Of a stretch of 64,000 nt of DNA, positions 29,606 through 39,834 are shown piece after piece. A program made the position numbers and the translations under genes. Under the pieces are notes generated by a model, which saw only the letters and a list, made by a program, of their open reading frames with translations, was not told where the DNA came from and did not search any database. Numbering within the stretch: the first letter of the stretch is position 1; each line of letters starts with the position of its first letter. This stretch comes from an uncultured Nitrospiraceae bacterium (GTDB lineage: Bacteria; Nitrospirota; Thermodesulfovibrionia; Thermodesulfovibrionales; UBA6898), in contig CAWEQH010000010.1 in assembly GCA_963811165.1 (NCBI GenBank), positions 160,001-224,000 on the forward strand. Direction: 5' to 3'.

Positions 29606-30928
29606 ATGTCAAAACCTGTAGTCGTAATAGTAGGCAGACCAAATGTGGGGAAATCCACTCTTTTTAACCGTATGACCGGGACGCATTCCGCGATAGTGGA
29701 GGACATCCCGGGCGTAACGAGGGACAGGAACTACCTCGACGCAAAATGGGAAGAGAAGGTTTTCATGGTGGTCGATACCGGCGGCTTTTATCCGGACCCC
29801 CCTGAAGACATTTTCGCCCAGGCCAAGGAGCAGGCGATCTTTGCGGTAGAGGAAGGGGACATCATAATCCATCTCCTCGACGGAAAAGACGGGCTGACGC
29901 CTGCCGATATGGAACTTGCACGGCTCCTTCGCGCCTCCGGAAAAAAGATACTCTGGGCTGCAAACAAGATAGACGCCCCCACGAAGGAAGACAGGCTTTA
30001 TGATTTCTTCAGGATAGGAACGGAGGAACTCTGGCCGGTCTCGGCCGCAACGGGACACGGGTACGAGGAATTCATGGACAGGCTCGCCCAGTTGCTTCCT
30101 GAGTATCAGGAAGAAGTCATCGAACATACCAAGATCGCGGTGGTGGGAAGACCGAACGTCGGGAAGTCCACACTTGTGAACGCTCTTTTGGGAAAGAAGA
30201 GGATGCTCGTCAGCCCGGTGGCGGGAACGACGAGGGACTCCATAGACAGCATATGTACGTATCACGCAAAGAAGTATCTGGTGATCGATACTGCGGGGTT
30301 ACGGAAGAAGGGCAGGGTGGGTTATTCGATAGAGAGGTTTGCGCTGGTCAGGGCCGTCAGGAGCATAGAGAGATGCGATGTCGCGCTCATAGTCCTCGAC
30401 GCTTCCGAGGGGGTCACGGAGCAGGACGTAAAGATCGCGGGTATTGTAAAGGAATACGGGAAGGGCGCGATTTTCCTCCTGAACAAATGGGACCTTATCG
30501 AAGGGGCGGAAGAAGTTTTCAAAGAGATCATTCCCGAACTTACAAGAAAGATGTGGTTTTCGCCCTATGCCCCGGTAATTACTATCTCAGGCTTGGTCAG
30601 GAAGCGGATCACGAAGGTTTTTCCGGTCATCGACCGCATCATTGACGAAAGGAACAAGCGCATACCGACCGGCGAACTGAACAGGTTTTTCGGGGACTTT
30701 GTCGGGAAGATGAATCTTCCTATGTATCGCGGAAAGGCGGTAAAACTGTATTACATGACACAGGTGAGGGAAGAGCCGCCGGGTTTCGTGATTTTCTGTA
30801 ATTATCCTGAGGCGGTCAAAGAGCAGCAGCTTCGCTTTATAGAGAAGGGGCTGAGGGACAATTTTTCATTCGAGGGAACACCGTTGAAGATCTACATCAG
30901 GCCGCGGAAAAAAAACACAGCGCCGTGA
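29606..30928 (+). CDS. der: Ribosome biogenesis GTPase Der/EngA
   Basis: Two GRPNVGKS P-loops, DTGG/DTAG, NKID/NKWD, C-terminal KH-like domain. Confidence 0.98.
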   Translation: MSKPVVVIVGRPNVGKSTLFNRMTGTHSAIVEDIPGVTRDRNYLDAKWEEKVFMVVDTGGFYPDPPEDIFAQAKEQAIFAVEEGDIIIHLLDGKDGLTPADMELARLLRASGKKILWAANKIDAPTKEDRLYDFFRIGTEELWPVSAATGHGYEEFMDRLAQLLPEYQEEVIEHTKIAVVGRPNVGKSTLVNALLGKKRMLVSPVAGTTRDSIDSICTYHAKKYLVIDTAGLRKKGRVGYSIERFALVRAVRSIERCDVALIVLDASEGVTEQDVKIAGIVKEYGKGAIFLLNKWDLIEGAEEVFKEIIPELTRKMWFSPYAPVITISGLVRKRITKVFPVIDRIIDERNKRIPTGELNRFFGDFVGKMNLPMYRGKAVKLYYMTQVREEPPGFVIFCNYPEAVKEQQLRFIEKGLRDNFSFEGTPLKIYIRPRKKNTAP

Positions 30929-31746
30929 GGTTCCTGAGGGTGCTTGGCAAAAGCGCTGTCGACTTTTACAGGGATGGAGGGCTGATGCTGGCAGGCTCGT
31001 TGTCCTATTTTATCGTAACTGCCCTTGTCCCGTTCTGCATGTTCCTGATGACCATTCTGGGGTATCTCCTGGGACATTATCCGCAATTCTACGCATTTGT
31101 CGTGGGCAGGCTGACAAACCTTTTCCCCTCGGTCACCGCGGGCATAACGCAGGAGATTGTCAAGCTTATCTCCTATAAAGGGATTGGGAAGATAGGCATT
31201 CTTCTTTACGGCTTTTTGTCCTACCAGGTCTTTGCATCGATCGAGAATTCCCTGAATGTCGTGTTTAAGGTCAAGCAAAAGAGAAATATCGCCTGTTCGG
31301 TCCTTATCTCGCTTATGGTGGTGACGAGTATCATCGTGCTTCTCATCTTTTCTTTCGGCGCTGCATCCGCGATACCCCTCCTCAATATACTCAAACCTTA
31401 TCTTCCTGATCTGAAGATAGGCAGGGTTACGGCCTTTATCATACGGTTCGTGCTGCCCTTTGTCCTTGTCATGTTGACGGTCACGCTCGTGTACAAACTC
31501 CTTCCCAGGGCGAAGGTCAGGTTGTCGGATGCGGTACGGGGGGGCTTCTTTACTGCCCTTTTTCTCGAACTGGCGAAGTACCTTTTTACATGGTACGTGG
31601 TGTCGATAATCCACCTCGGAAAGATTTACGGCCCTATGACGGCGTTCATCTTGTTTCTGCTTTGGATGTTTTATTCTTCCTGCATCTTTTTGATAGGCGC
31701 GGAGATGGTCCATAACCTGGGCCGGCCGAATACAAAAAAAACTTAG
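30925..31746 (+). CDS. YihY/virulence factor BrkB family membrane protein
   Basis: Six TM segments, A.SLSY, IYG....I..LLW.FYS..I.L.GAE. Confidence 0.88.
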   Translation: MRFLRVLGKSAVDFYRDGGLMLAGSLSYFIVTALVPFCMFLMTILGYLLGHYPQFYAFVVGRLTNLFPSVTAGITQEIVKLISYKGIGKIGILLYGFLSYQVFASIENSLNVVFKVKQKRNIACSVLISLMVVTSIIVLLIFSFGAASAIPLLNILKPYLPDLKIGRVTAFIIRFVLPFVLVMLTVTLVYKLLPRAKVRLSDAVRGGFFTALFLELAKYLFTWYVVSIIHLGKIYGPMTAFILFLLWMFYSSCIFLIGAEMVHNLGRPNTKKT

Positions 31747-31753
31747 GAGGAAT

Positions 31754-31918
31754 ATGGTAGATCTGATCGGCAAGGTTGTTGAAGTGGTCACTCCTGAGAC
31801 TTCATATTTCGGGAGGCTGGTCGAGGTCAACGAAGAGGAGGTATACCTTGAGACCGACTCCGGCTGGGTCGTCGTCCCCATCGATAAGATCGCGTATATA
31901 CGGGAGCCGGAGGATTAG
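31754..31918 (+). CDS. 54-aa small beta-rich protein, Sm/SH3-like pattern (not in the ORF track)
   Basis: SD AGGAGG 3 nt upstream. MVDLIGKVVEVVTPETSYFGRLVEVNEEEVYLETDSGWVVVPIDKIAYIREPED. Confidence 0.75.
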   Translation: MVDLIGKVVEVVTPETSYFGRLVEVNEEEVYLETDSGWVVVPIDKIAYIREPED

Positions 31919-32043
31919 GCTTTTCTTTTTCTCTCATTAAAGGTGACATTGAGGCGGGGCGCCTGGTATATTCAATGGTCGCAGAGATTAACGGCTGAAA
32001 AGAGGACGGGTTTTAGGGAAAGAAAAGGGGGCCATACGCATTT

Positions 32044-32805
32044 ATGATCGCGATATCGCTTCAGTCGGGCAGCAACGGAAACTGTATCTATGTCGAGTCC
32101 TGCGGGATGAGACTGCTCTTTGACGCGGGGATATCCGGTGTGACGGCCGAGCGGAGGCTGGCCGACCATGGCCGCCAGATGAGGGATGTGGACGCTGTTA
32201 TTCTATCCCATGACCACTCCGACCATGTAAAGTATTGCGGCGTTTACAGTCGCAAGTACGGACTTCCTCTGCATGTTACGGAAAGAACGATTGACGCTGC
32301 GGACAGGAGAGGCGGACTCGGACCCCTTCGCAATTTGAAATTCTTTAAGGCAGGGGAGACGGTTTCGTTTGGTCCGGTTTCCGTGCGGACGATCCCGACT
32401 CCGCATGACGGAAAAGACGGGGTGATCTTCGTAGTCGAATCAGGGGAGAAGCGCCTCGGCATAATGACCGATCTGGGGCATGTTTTCGACCGCCTGGTGA
32501 GTGAGGTGGCCTCTTTGGATGCCGTATTCATGGAAAGCAATTATGATCCGGCCATGCTCGCCGCCGGTCCTTATCCTGCTTTTCTCAAACGCAGAATAGA
32601 GGGGCCTGGGGGACATATCTCCAATATCGAGTCTGCCCAACTGCTCGACTGCGGCAAGCGGCTGAAATGGGCGTGCCTTTCGCATCTATCGGAACAAAAT
32701 AACGATCCCGGTGTTGCGCTTCGGACCCATCAAGGCATCCTGGGCAGAAGGCTTAAACTCTATGCCGCCAGCCGCTACTGCGCTACCGGTCTCTTTCACG
32801 TCTGA
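32044..32805 (+). CDS. MBL-fold metallo-hydrolase (YycJ/WalJ-like)
   Basis: SGSNGN, SHDHSDH, PHD, TDLG, ESNYD, GHISN, HLSEQNN. Confidence 0.9.
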   Translation: MIAISLQSGSNGNCIYVESCGMRLLFDAGISGVTAERRLADHGRQMRDVDAVILSHDHSDHVKYCGVYSRKYGLPLHVTERTIDAADRRGGLGPLRNLKFFKAGETVSFGPVSVRTIPTPHDGKDGVIFVVESGEKRLGIMTDLGHVFDRLVSEVASLDAVFMESNYDPAMLAAGPYPAFLKRRIEGPGGHISNIESAQLLDCGKRLKWACLSHLSEQNNDPGVALRTHQGILGRRLKLYAASRYCATGLFHV

Positions 32806-32829
32806 ATTCCCCGATGTATTTTTGTAACG

Positions 32830-32878
32830 CCCCCGCCCTTGGCACCCCCCTCTTAAGGTAAGAGGGGGATGGGGGAGT
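32830..32878. repeat. CCCCCT-N-AGGGGG type REP palindrome
   Basis: CCCCCTCTTAAGGTAAGAGGGGG, similar in design to the palindromes near 28230-28270 and 51620-51663. Confidence 0.6.
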
Positions 32879-33031
32879 ATATGATTTGCCTTACCCTCTT
32901 TCACCTCTTTATTAGATATCCCCCTGCTCGTTAAGAAAATTTCATGATTCCTTAATCCGCTTTTAATCTGCAGAGAGTATTCTTTAGACGTGCAGGGCAG
33001 ACAGAAAGGAAAATAAGGGAGGTGTCCCGTC

Positions 33032-33295
33032 ATGAAAGTCGAAGATAAGACAATAGAGTCACTTCCGGAACACAGCGTTAACATGCGGGACGGTTTTATG
33101 GAAGTCGGCCGGTCGAACATGAGGAAGCTAAACGGGCTGCTTACCATGTGCGCGTGGTGCAAAAAGGTCCGAGATGACCAAGGCTACTGGAAGCGTGTCG
33201 GGGCCTATATCTCTGAACTTCCTTATGGTACGATCACCCACGGCATCTGCCCTGATTGCGCCGTAAAGCTCACGGCCGAAATAGAAGCGTGTTGA
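33032..33295 (+). CDS. Small protein with a CxxC...HGICPDC metal-binding domain
   Basis: CAWCKKVRDDQGYW...THGICPDC, SD GGAGGT upstream. Confidence 0.75.
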   Translation: MKVEDKTIESLPEHSVNMRDGFMEVGRSNMRKLNGLLTMCAWCKKVRDDQGYWKRVGAYISELPYGTITHGICPDCAVKLTAEIEAC

Positions 33296-33310
33296 AAAAG
33301 TCTTCTTGTT

Positions 33311-34432
33311 CTAGGGATTAAATTCCTTGAAGTCCGCTATGGCCTGAAGTAAGACCTTGCAGCCGTTATAGAGGTCCAGAAGATAAATACACTCGTCGTT
33401 TGAATGCACCTGCCGCATCCCGTTTGCCATATTGATCGCCTTAATCCCGTGCTCGTTGAATATGTTTGCGTCCGAGCCCCCTCCCGTTTCGATGGGGACA
33501 GGCTCGATTCCGCATCTGCTTAGGGCCCCGCTAAGATACTTGAGAAAGGCGTCTCCCCTGTCTATCGTAAAGGACCTGTATTCCTCCTGTTCGGAGATAA
33601 AGATTGATGCCCTGTCCTGATCTGCTATGGCCCGGGCCGTTTCGAAAAGACGCCTCTTGTTGTTTTCGAGCACGGAAGCGACGCGGCCCCTCAACTCACC
33701 GCGGATGACCGCTTCTCTGGGTACAACGTTTGTTGCGGTGCCCCCGTGGACAATACCTATATTGGCGGTTGTTTCGTTGTCGATTCTCCCGTCGGGGACG
33801 GCCGCGATGATCCGGGAGGCGACCCTTATCGCATTAAGGCCTTTTTCGGGTTCTATCCCTGCATGGGCGGATTTCCCGACGATACGCATTTCATACGTAA
33901 TATGTGTGGGTGCGGCGACCACCAAACGTCCCACGTCTCCTGAGGAGTCGAGCACGAGGCCGTGTCTGCTTTTAAGCGAGGAGAAGTCGAGGTTCTTTGC
34001 GCCCACGAGGCCCGTTTCTTCCGCCGAGGTGAAGACGATCTCGATCAGCCCGTGAGAAAACCTTTGTTCATGCAAAACGGTCAGGGCCTCTACTATCTGG
34101 GCCAGAGCGCTCTTGTCATCCGCACCGAGGACAGTCTTGCCCGTGGATTTTATCAGGACGTCATCGACGCTGAATTCTATTCCCTCGGTAGGCTCTATGG
34201 TATCCATATGGGCGCTAATAAGAAGGGGTGGCGCCCCGCCAGAGCCTCCTTTGCGGGCCACGATATTGAACGATTCATCGTATCGCTGCAGCTCGACGCT
34301 GCATCCCGCTCCCTCCAATCTTTCCGTAAGTACCTTGCCTATTTCTCCTTCTCGAAAGGAAGGGGAGTTTATCCTGAGGAGTTGTACAAACGTGTCGATG
34401 AGGCGTTTCCGGTTAATACTATGCGGTGGCAT
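33311..34432 (-). CDS. M20 family peptidase (peptidase T-like)
   Basis: AHMDT, GADDK, EETG, HAG..PEKG, GGGSDAN, H..DE. Confidence 0.9.
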   Translation of the reverse strand: MPPHSINRKRLIDTFVQLLRINSPSFREGEIGKVLTERLEGAGCSVELQRYDESFNIVARKGGSGGAPPLLISAHMDTIEPTEGIEFSVDDVLIKSTGKTVLGADDKSALAQIVEALTVLHEQRFSHGLIEIVFTSAEETGLVGAKNLDFSSLKSRHGLVLDSSGDVGRLVVAAPTHITYEMRIVGKSAHAGIEPEKGLNAIRVASRIIAAVPDGRIDNETTANIGIVHGGTATNVVPREAVIRGELRGRVASVLENNKRRLFETARAIADQDRASIFISEQEEYRSFTIDRGDAFLKYLSGALSRCGIEPVPIETGGGSDANIFNEHGIKAINMANGMRQVHSNDECIYLLDLYNGCKVLLQAIADFKEFNP

Positions 34433-34456
34433 GTCGTGTCTTTCTGATGGTCTTAC

Positions 34457-34768
34457 CTACTCGAGCGTCGACCAAAGGCATCCCTCTCCGAAGTCCTCTA
34501 TCCCCGAGTATTCCGCGCACGCCTTCGGCCGGTCCTCGTAGATATCACACCCATCAGGGGTGAGATGGGGACAGGTGTGCTTGAAGGAAAGGATTATCGC
34601 GTCTTCTTCCAGCCTGCTCACATCGAACCCGCGGGCCTTATAAAAATCTACTATCGTCTCGGCGCTGCAGCTGTAAAGGACAGGATGGGTGTAAACGAAA
34701 AGTTCATTGCAGCACTTCTGACAGGAGATGCAGAGCCTCTCCTTTTCGGTGAAATCCCTTTTTTTCAT
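34457..34768 (-). CDS. YkgJ-family CxxCxxCC cysteine-cluster protein
   Basis: CISCQKCC...CPHL....C.IYEDRPKAC. Start moved to ATG 34768, 7 nt after TGtTATAAT. Confidence 0.8.
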   Translation of the reverse strand: MKKRDFTEKERLCISCQKCCNELFVYTHPVLYSCSAETIVDFYKARGFDVSRLEEDAIILSFKHTCPHLTPDGCDIYEDRPKACAEYSGIEDFGEGCLWSTLE

Positions 34769-34870
34769 CTCCCTCATTATAACAAAACTGCCCGACCGCG
34801 ACACATTTCTTCCGTATCCTTCACTGCTCTTCGGGTATAATAGAGCGAGCGGATTAAGGGTGCACAATTC

Positions 34871-37234
34871 ATGGAATGTCTGAATATATCGGTCAAAGGG
34901 AAGGTCCAGGGGGTGGGGTTCAGGCCCTTTGTCTATAATCTCGCAAGGGAACTTGGCGTGAAGGGGTTTATCTCAAACACGGCCGAAGGCGTGTTAATTG
35001 CGGCTGAGGGCGGGGACCTCGGTTCTTTCCTTGAAAGGCTGCGGAAGGACAGTCCGCCCCTCTCAATGATCTTAAGCATAGATATTACGCCGTCCATGCC
35101 GACGGGTTGCGGCGATTTCTCCATAAAAGGCAGCTGCAAAAACGGCAGTTTTACACTCGTCTCGCCCGATGCGTCTGTCTGTGATGCTTGCCTTCATGAG
35201 ATGTTTGACCCGGAGGACAGGCGTTACCTCTATCCTTTTATTAATTGTACGAACTGCGGACCGAGATATTCGATCACCAAATCCGTGCCGTACGACCGGG
35301 TGCATACGACCATGAATGTCTTTACGATGTGCCCGCAGTGCAAGGCCGAATACGATGATCCTAAGAACAGACGCTTTCACGCACAGCCCAATGCATGCAG
35401 CCGGTGCGGACCCGCTGTAGCGCTGAGGGTTGTCAGGGAAGGGGTGGAGGTCTCCCGCGATAAAGACCCGGTGACTGAGACGATCAGGCTGCTTAAGGAG
35501 GGGCGGATCATCGCAATCAAAGGGCTCGGAGGTTTTCATCTCGCCTGTGATGCTTCGAACGAGGGTGCGGTCCTTGTCTTAAGGGAAAGAAAGAGAAGAA
35601 ATAATAAACCCTTTGCGCTGATGTCGCCGGAAATCGCCTCCATAAAGAAGTTCTGTTATGTTTCCGAAAAAGAGGAAGCTCTGCTGACGGCTGAAAAAAG
35701 GCCTGTCCTGCTTCTGAGAAAGAAGGAGGACTTCGGACTCGCGAGGGCTGTTTCTCCCAACAATAAATATGCGGGTTTCATGCTTCCGTATACGCCGCTC
35801 CATTACTTGCTCCTTCACCACCCCATTGCCGCTTCTTATCAGGGAGGGGATGGCGCAGGTCCCCGCTTCGATGCCCTTGTCATGACAAGCGGAAATGTCT
35901 CGGAGGAACCGATCGTGACCGACAATGACGAGGCGATTGCGAAACTCTCCGGCATTGCCGATGCCTTCCTGCTCCATGACCGGGGGATATTCATGAGGGT
36001 CGACGATTCTGTGGTAAAGGTCGGATATAGCGGTGGCGTAGCAGCGGGCGCGTGGCCTGCGGAAGAAACACCGCTTTTTTTTATCAGAAGGTCAAGGGGA
36101 TATGTTCCCGATCCCATCCCTTTAAAGGAGGATGGGCCGGAGGTCCTCGGCTGCGGGGCGGATTTGAAAAACACCTTTACGCTGACGAAGGGCAGGTATG
36201 CGATCCCTAGCCAGCATATCGGTGACATGGAGAATTACGAGACCCTCCGGTTTTTTGAGGAGACCCTTGAGAACCTAAAGGCGGTTTACAGGGCGGCGCC
36301 GGAGGCGATCGCGTACGATCCTCATCCCGCTTATCTCTCATCAAGGTGGGCCTTAAGACAGGAAGGAATAGAGAAGTATCCTATCCAGCATCATTACGCA
36401 CACGTCGCCTCCGTAATGGCTGAAAGGGGGATAAAGGAGAAGGTCATAGGCATCTCCTTTGACGGCACGGGGTACGGAGATGACGGAACGCTCTGGGGAG
36501 GAGAGTTTCTCATCGCCGACACAAGGGGCTTTAAAAGGGCGGGGCACCTTGACTGTATACCGCTACCGGGCGGCGAAATGGCGGTGAAGGAGCCCTGGAG
36601 GATATCCCTTGCCTATCTTTCAGAGGCGGTAGGACAACAGATATGGGAATATATCGGACCGACGGGGTTCGTCGAAAAATACGGCAGGGAGAAGATCGAA
36701 GGGATATTGAAGATCTCCGGGATGAGGGATTTTTCTCCTCTGTCTTCGGGTGCGGGCAGGCTTTTCGACGCGGTGTCGGCGCTGATGGGGGTGTGCGACG
36801 AAAACACCTTTGAGGGCGAGGCGGCTATGGCCCTGGAATCCCTTGTGGTTGACGGGCTGGACGATGATTACCCGGTAGATATAAGATTTAAGGAAGTGAT
36901 AGGTATAGATTTCTGCCCGGTGATATTGGGTATACTGAAAGACCTCGGAAATCAGGTGGACAAAAGGGTGATGGCTACGAAATTCCATAATACGGTCGCA
37001 ACCGCTGTCTTAAGGACCGCGGTCAAGCTCTCTGCGGCGCATAACATAAGGAAGGTCGCCTTAAGCGGTGGCGTATTCCAGAATTCGTATCTTCTTGGAA
37101 GGGTGGCATACTCCCTGAGGTACGAAGGGCTGGAGGTATACGTCAATGAACTGGTGCCCTCTAACGATGCCGGCATCTCTTTGGGCCAGGCGTATATACT
37201 CAGAGAGAGGCTCAGAGATGGAGTGAAGGAATAG
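34871..37234 (+). CDS. hypF: Carbamoyltransferase HypF
   Basis: Acylphosphatase GKVQGVGFRPF, zinc fingers, KGLGGFHL, QHHYAH, SSGAGRLFD, NDAGISLGQ. Confidence 0.98.
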   Translation: MECLNISVKGKVQGVGFRPFVYNLARELGVKGFISNTAEGVLIAAEGGDLGSFLERLRKDSPPLSMILSIDITPSMPTGCGDFSIKGSCKNGSFTLVSPDASVCDACLHEMFDPEDRRYLYPFINCTNCGPRYSITKSVPYDRVHTTMNVFTMCPQCKAEYDDPKNRRFHAQPNACSRCGPAVALRVVREGVEVSRDKDPVTETIRLLKEGRIIAIKGLGGFHLACDASNEGAVLVLRERKRRNNKPFALMSPEIASIKKFCYVSEKEEALLTAEKRPVLLLRKKEDFGLARAVSPNNKYAGFMLPYTPLHYLLLHHPIAASYQGGDGAGPRFDALVMTSGNVSEEPIVTDNDEAIAKLSGIADAFLLHDRGIFMRVDDSVVKVGYSGGVAAGAWPAEETPLFFIRRSRGYVPDPIPLKEDGPEVLGCGADLKNTFTLTKGRYAIPSQHIGDMENYETLRFFEETLENLKAVYRAAPEAIAYDPHPAYLSSRWALRQEGIEKYPIQHHYAHVASVMAERGIKEKVIGISFDGTGYGDDGTLWGGEFLIADTRGFKRAGHLDCIPLPGGEMAVKEPWRISLAYLSEAVGQQIWEYIGPTGFVEKYGREKIEGILKISGMRDFSPLSSGAGRLFDAVSALMGVCDENTFEGEAAMALESLVVDGLDDDYPVDIRFKEVIGIDFCPVILGILKDLGNQVDKRVMATKFHNTVATAVLRTAVKLSAAHNIRKVALSGGVFQNSYLLGRVAYSLRYEGLEVYVNELVPSNDAGISLGQAYILRERLRDGVKE

Positions 37235-37237
37235 GTT

Positions 37238-38311
37238 ATGGATAGCGCTGATGCTCTCAAACGACTCATGGATTCAATAGGAAAGCCGGTCAGACTGATG
37301 GAGGTCTGCGGGACCCATACCGTGGCAATTTTCAGACTGGGCATAAGGGACCTTCTCCCGGCGGGCATAACGCTTTTGAGCGGACCCGGTTGTCCGGTCT
37401 GTGTTACGGCGATAAGGGACGTGGATACGGCAATAGCCGTATCGATGCAAAAAGGGGCCATCCTTACTACTTTTGGGGATATGATGAGGGTCCCCGGCAG
37501 CAAAGGGTCCCTTCTTAACGCAAAGGCCGAAGGGGGCGATGTCCGGGTGGTCTATTCGCCGCTTGACGCCCTGGGGATCGCTTCCGAGAACCCCGACAAA
37601 AAGGTCATTTTTTTCGCAACCGGCTTTGAAACGACATCTCCATTGGTTGCCGGTACCATAATAGAGGCGGAGAAAAAAGGCGTGGATAATTTTTTTATCT
37701 ATTCAGTCCATAAAACAGTCCCTCCTGCGCTTAAGGCCCTGCTTGATTCCGGCGAGGTAAGGGTGGATGGATTCATCCTTCCGGGACACGTCAGCACGGT
37801 GATCGGAAGCATTCCTTATGACTTCATCGCCTCGGGGTATAAGAAGCCTTCCGTTGTCACGGGTTTTGACGCCCCTGACATCATTTCGGGGATACGGATG
37901 ATCCTTGAGCAGCTGGCCTCGGGAAAGGCGGAAGTCGAGATTCAGTACAAAAAGGTTGTAAGAAAAGAGGGCAACCCGAAGGCCATTTCAATACTGTATA
38001 CGTGTTTCGAAGCCGATGATGCAGGGTGGAGAGGCATCGGTACCATCCCGATGAGCGGTCTGAAACTAAGAGAAGAATTCAGGCACAGGGACTTCAGGTC
38101 TGTCTTCACTGTCGACGTTCCTGCGGTTGACGACCATGCGACCGCTTGCTCGTGCGGAGATGTTCTTAAGGGGGTCAAGGTCCCCAGCGACTGCAAACTC
38201 TTCGGAAAGGCATGCACACCGGACAAGCCTGTGGGGCCATGCATGGTGAGTTCCGAGGGAAGCTGCGCCGCCTATTATAAATATAAGGCTCTGGGGAAAA
38301 TAAAATTGTGA
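37238..38311 (+). CDS. hypD: Hydrogenase maturation protein HypD
   Basis: MEVCGTHT, GPGCPVC, GFETT, PGHVS, CMVSSEGSC. Confidence 0.98.
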   Translation: MDSADALKRLMDSIGKPVRLMEVCGTHTVAIFRLGIRDLLPAGITLLSGPGCPVCVTAIRDVDTAIAVSMQKGAILTTFGDMMRVPGSKGSLLNAKAEGGDVRVVYSPLDALGIASENPDKKVIFFATGFETTSPLVAGTIIEAEKKGVDNFFIYSVHKTVPPALKALLDSGEVRVDGFILPGHVSTVIGSIPYDFIASGYKKPSVVTGFDAPDIISGIRMILEQLASGKAEVEIQYKKVVRKEGNPKAISILYTCFEADDAGWRGIGTIPMSGLKLREEFRHRDFRSVFTVDVPAVDDHATACSCGDVLKGVKVPSDCKLFGKACTPDKPVGPCMVSSEGSCAAYYKYKALGKIKL

Positions 38312-38318
38312 GGTCTAC

Positions 38319-39317
38319 ATGGAACTGATCCAGCTTGCCCACGGAAGCGGCGGGCGCATGATGCATCAGCTGATAAAGGATTTTTTTGTCCCGGCGTTTG
38401 ACCTTAGGGAACTGGGTGATTCGGCTGTCCTTGAGAATACTTTTTCAGGCAGGATCGCGATCACTACGGATTCGTATGTGGTATCTCCCCTCTTTTTCCC
38501 GGGCGGCGACATAGGGCGGCTTTCCGTCTGCGGCACGGTAAACGACCTCGCTGTTTCGGGCGCGACCCCGATATACATGACGGTGGGCTTTATCATAGAG
38601 GAAGGATTTCCGGTTGATCATCTCAAGCGGATTCTGGGCTCAATGAGGGCCGCGTCTGAGGAGGCAGGGGTACGGATCGTTGCGGGCGATACGAAAGTTG
38701 TCGACAGGGGAAAGGCCGACGGTATTTTCATCAATACGGCGGGATTTGGGGTTGTGGGAGAAGGGCTCGACTTGTCTCCCAAGAAGGTGAAGCCCGGAGA
38801 CAGGGTGCTTCTGAGCGGAAGCATAGGGAACCACGGCGTTTCGGTCATGGCCGAGAGAAACGGTATATCTTTCGAACCTCCGCTTCTGAGCGATGTGGGA
38901 CCGTTGAATGCACTGGTAAAGAGGATGGCGGACAGGACGAAAAATATTCGCATGATGAGAGACCCTACCAGGGGAGGTGTTGCGACCACCCTCAAAGAGA
39001 TTGCGTCCGAATCGGGATGTTGCATCGTGATTGATGAGTCTGCGATAAGGGTAGAACCGGGGGTAAAGGGCGCCTGCGAACTTCTCGGCCTTGACCCTCT
39101 TTATATTGCAAATGAAGGTATTCTCATCGCTATTGTCGATCCGGAGGTCGCGGAGGCGCTCGCAGATGAAATGAGGAAAACGGCGGAAGGCGCCGGGACG
39201 GCCATTATCGGAGAGGTTGTGGAAACGCCGGGAGAGACCGTATTATTGAAAACAAATATCGGCGGTATTAGAATAATAGACATGCTTTCCGGGGACCAGC
39301 TGCCCAGGATATGTTAG
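38319..39317 (+). CDS. hypE: Hydrogenase maturation protein HypE
   Basis: AHGSGG, GDTKVV, RDPTRGG, C-terminal LPRIC. Confidence 0.98.
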   Translation: MELIQLAHGSGGRMMHQLIKDFFVPAFDLRELGDSAVLENTFSGRIAITTDSYVVSPLFFPGGDIGRLSVCGTVNDLAVSGATPIYMTVGFIIEEGFPVDHLKRILGSMRAASEEAGVRIVAGDTKVVDRGKADGIFINTAGFGVVGEGLDLSPKKVKPGDRVLLSGSIGNHGVSVMAERNGISFEPPLLSDVGPLNALVKRMADRTKNIRMMRDPTRGGVATTLKEIASESGCCIVIDESAIRVEPGVKGACELLGLDPLYIANEGILIAIVDPEVAEALADEMRKTAEGAGTAIIGEVVETPGETVLLKTNIGGIRIIDMLSGDQLPRIC

Positions 39318-39358
39318 AGGAACAGTCATCATAAAGCTCGGATAAAAAGGGGCACACT

Positions 39359-39805
39359 ATGGGGGAAAAAAAGGTCGGTCTCGAAAGGTCGGTAGTGAGG
39401 TTGAATGACGGAAGCCTGCTGAAGGGATATCTGATAGATTTCTCGCCCGACAGAGAGAAGGTTCTTCTTCGGGAGGCGGTAACAGACAAGATCCATACGC
39501 TTAGTACCGGGGACATGAAGGCGGTCTTTTTTGTGAAGTCCTTCGAAGGGGACTATGATTATAAGGACAGGAAATCGTATGGCATAAGGAAGCCCACGGG
39601 CAACAGGGTCTTTGTGAAGTTCAAGGACGGGGAACGGCTTGTGGGGTTTGTCGACGGCAAGGTACCTTGGGAGAAGGGTTTTTTTCTGTCGAGAAGGAAG
39701 AATGAGGGGAAGGGATTTTTTTTGCTTCCTGCTGATGAAGATACCAACAATATAAAGGTTTTCGTCATCTCTTCATCGGTTGACGATGTTACGGTGGTAC
39801 CCTGA
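39359..39805 (+). CDS. Hypothetical protein with a duplicated beta domain (DUF6982-like)
   Basis: Two V.(F/L).DG..L.G repeats and KAVFFVKSF.G. Confidence 0.65.
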   Translation: MGEKKVGLERSVVRLNDGSLLKGYLIDFSPDREKVLLREAVTDKIHTLSTGDMKAVFFVKSFEGDYDYKDRKSYGIRKPTGNRVFVKFKDGERLVGFVDGKVPWEKGFFLSRRKNEGKGFFLLPADEDTNNIKVFVISSSVDDVTVVP

Positions 39806-39834
39806 ACAATAAATGAACTGTGAATGGAGATCAG

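Noticed and set aside
30892..31881. Long antisense ORFs (for example 30892-31881, 44344-45309, 54070-55122)
   Set aside because: They are shadows of well-supported genes on the opposite strand and have no motifs.
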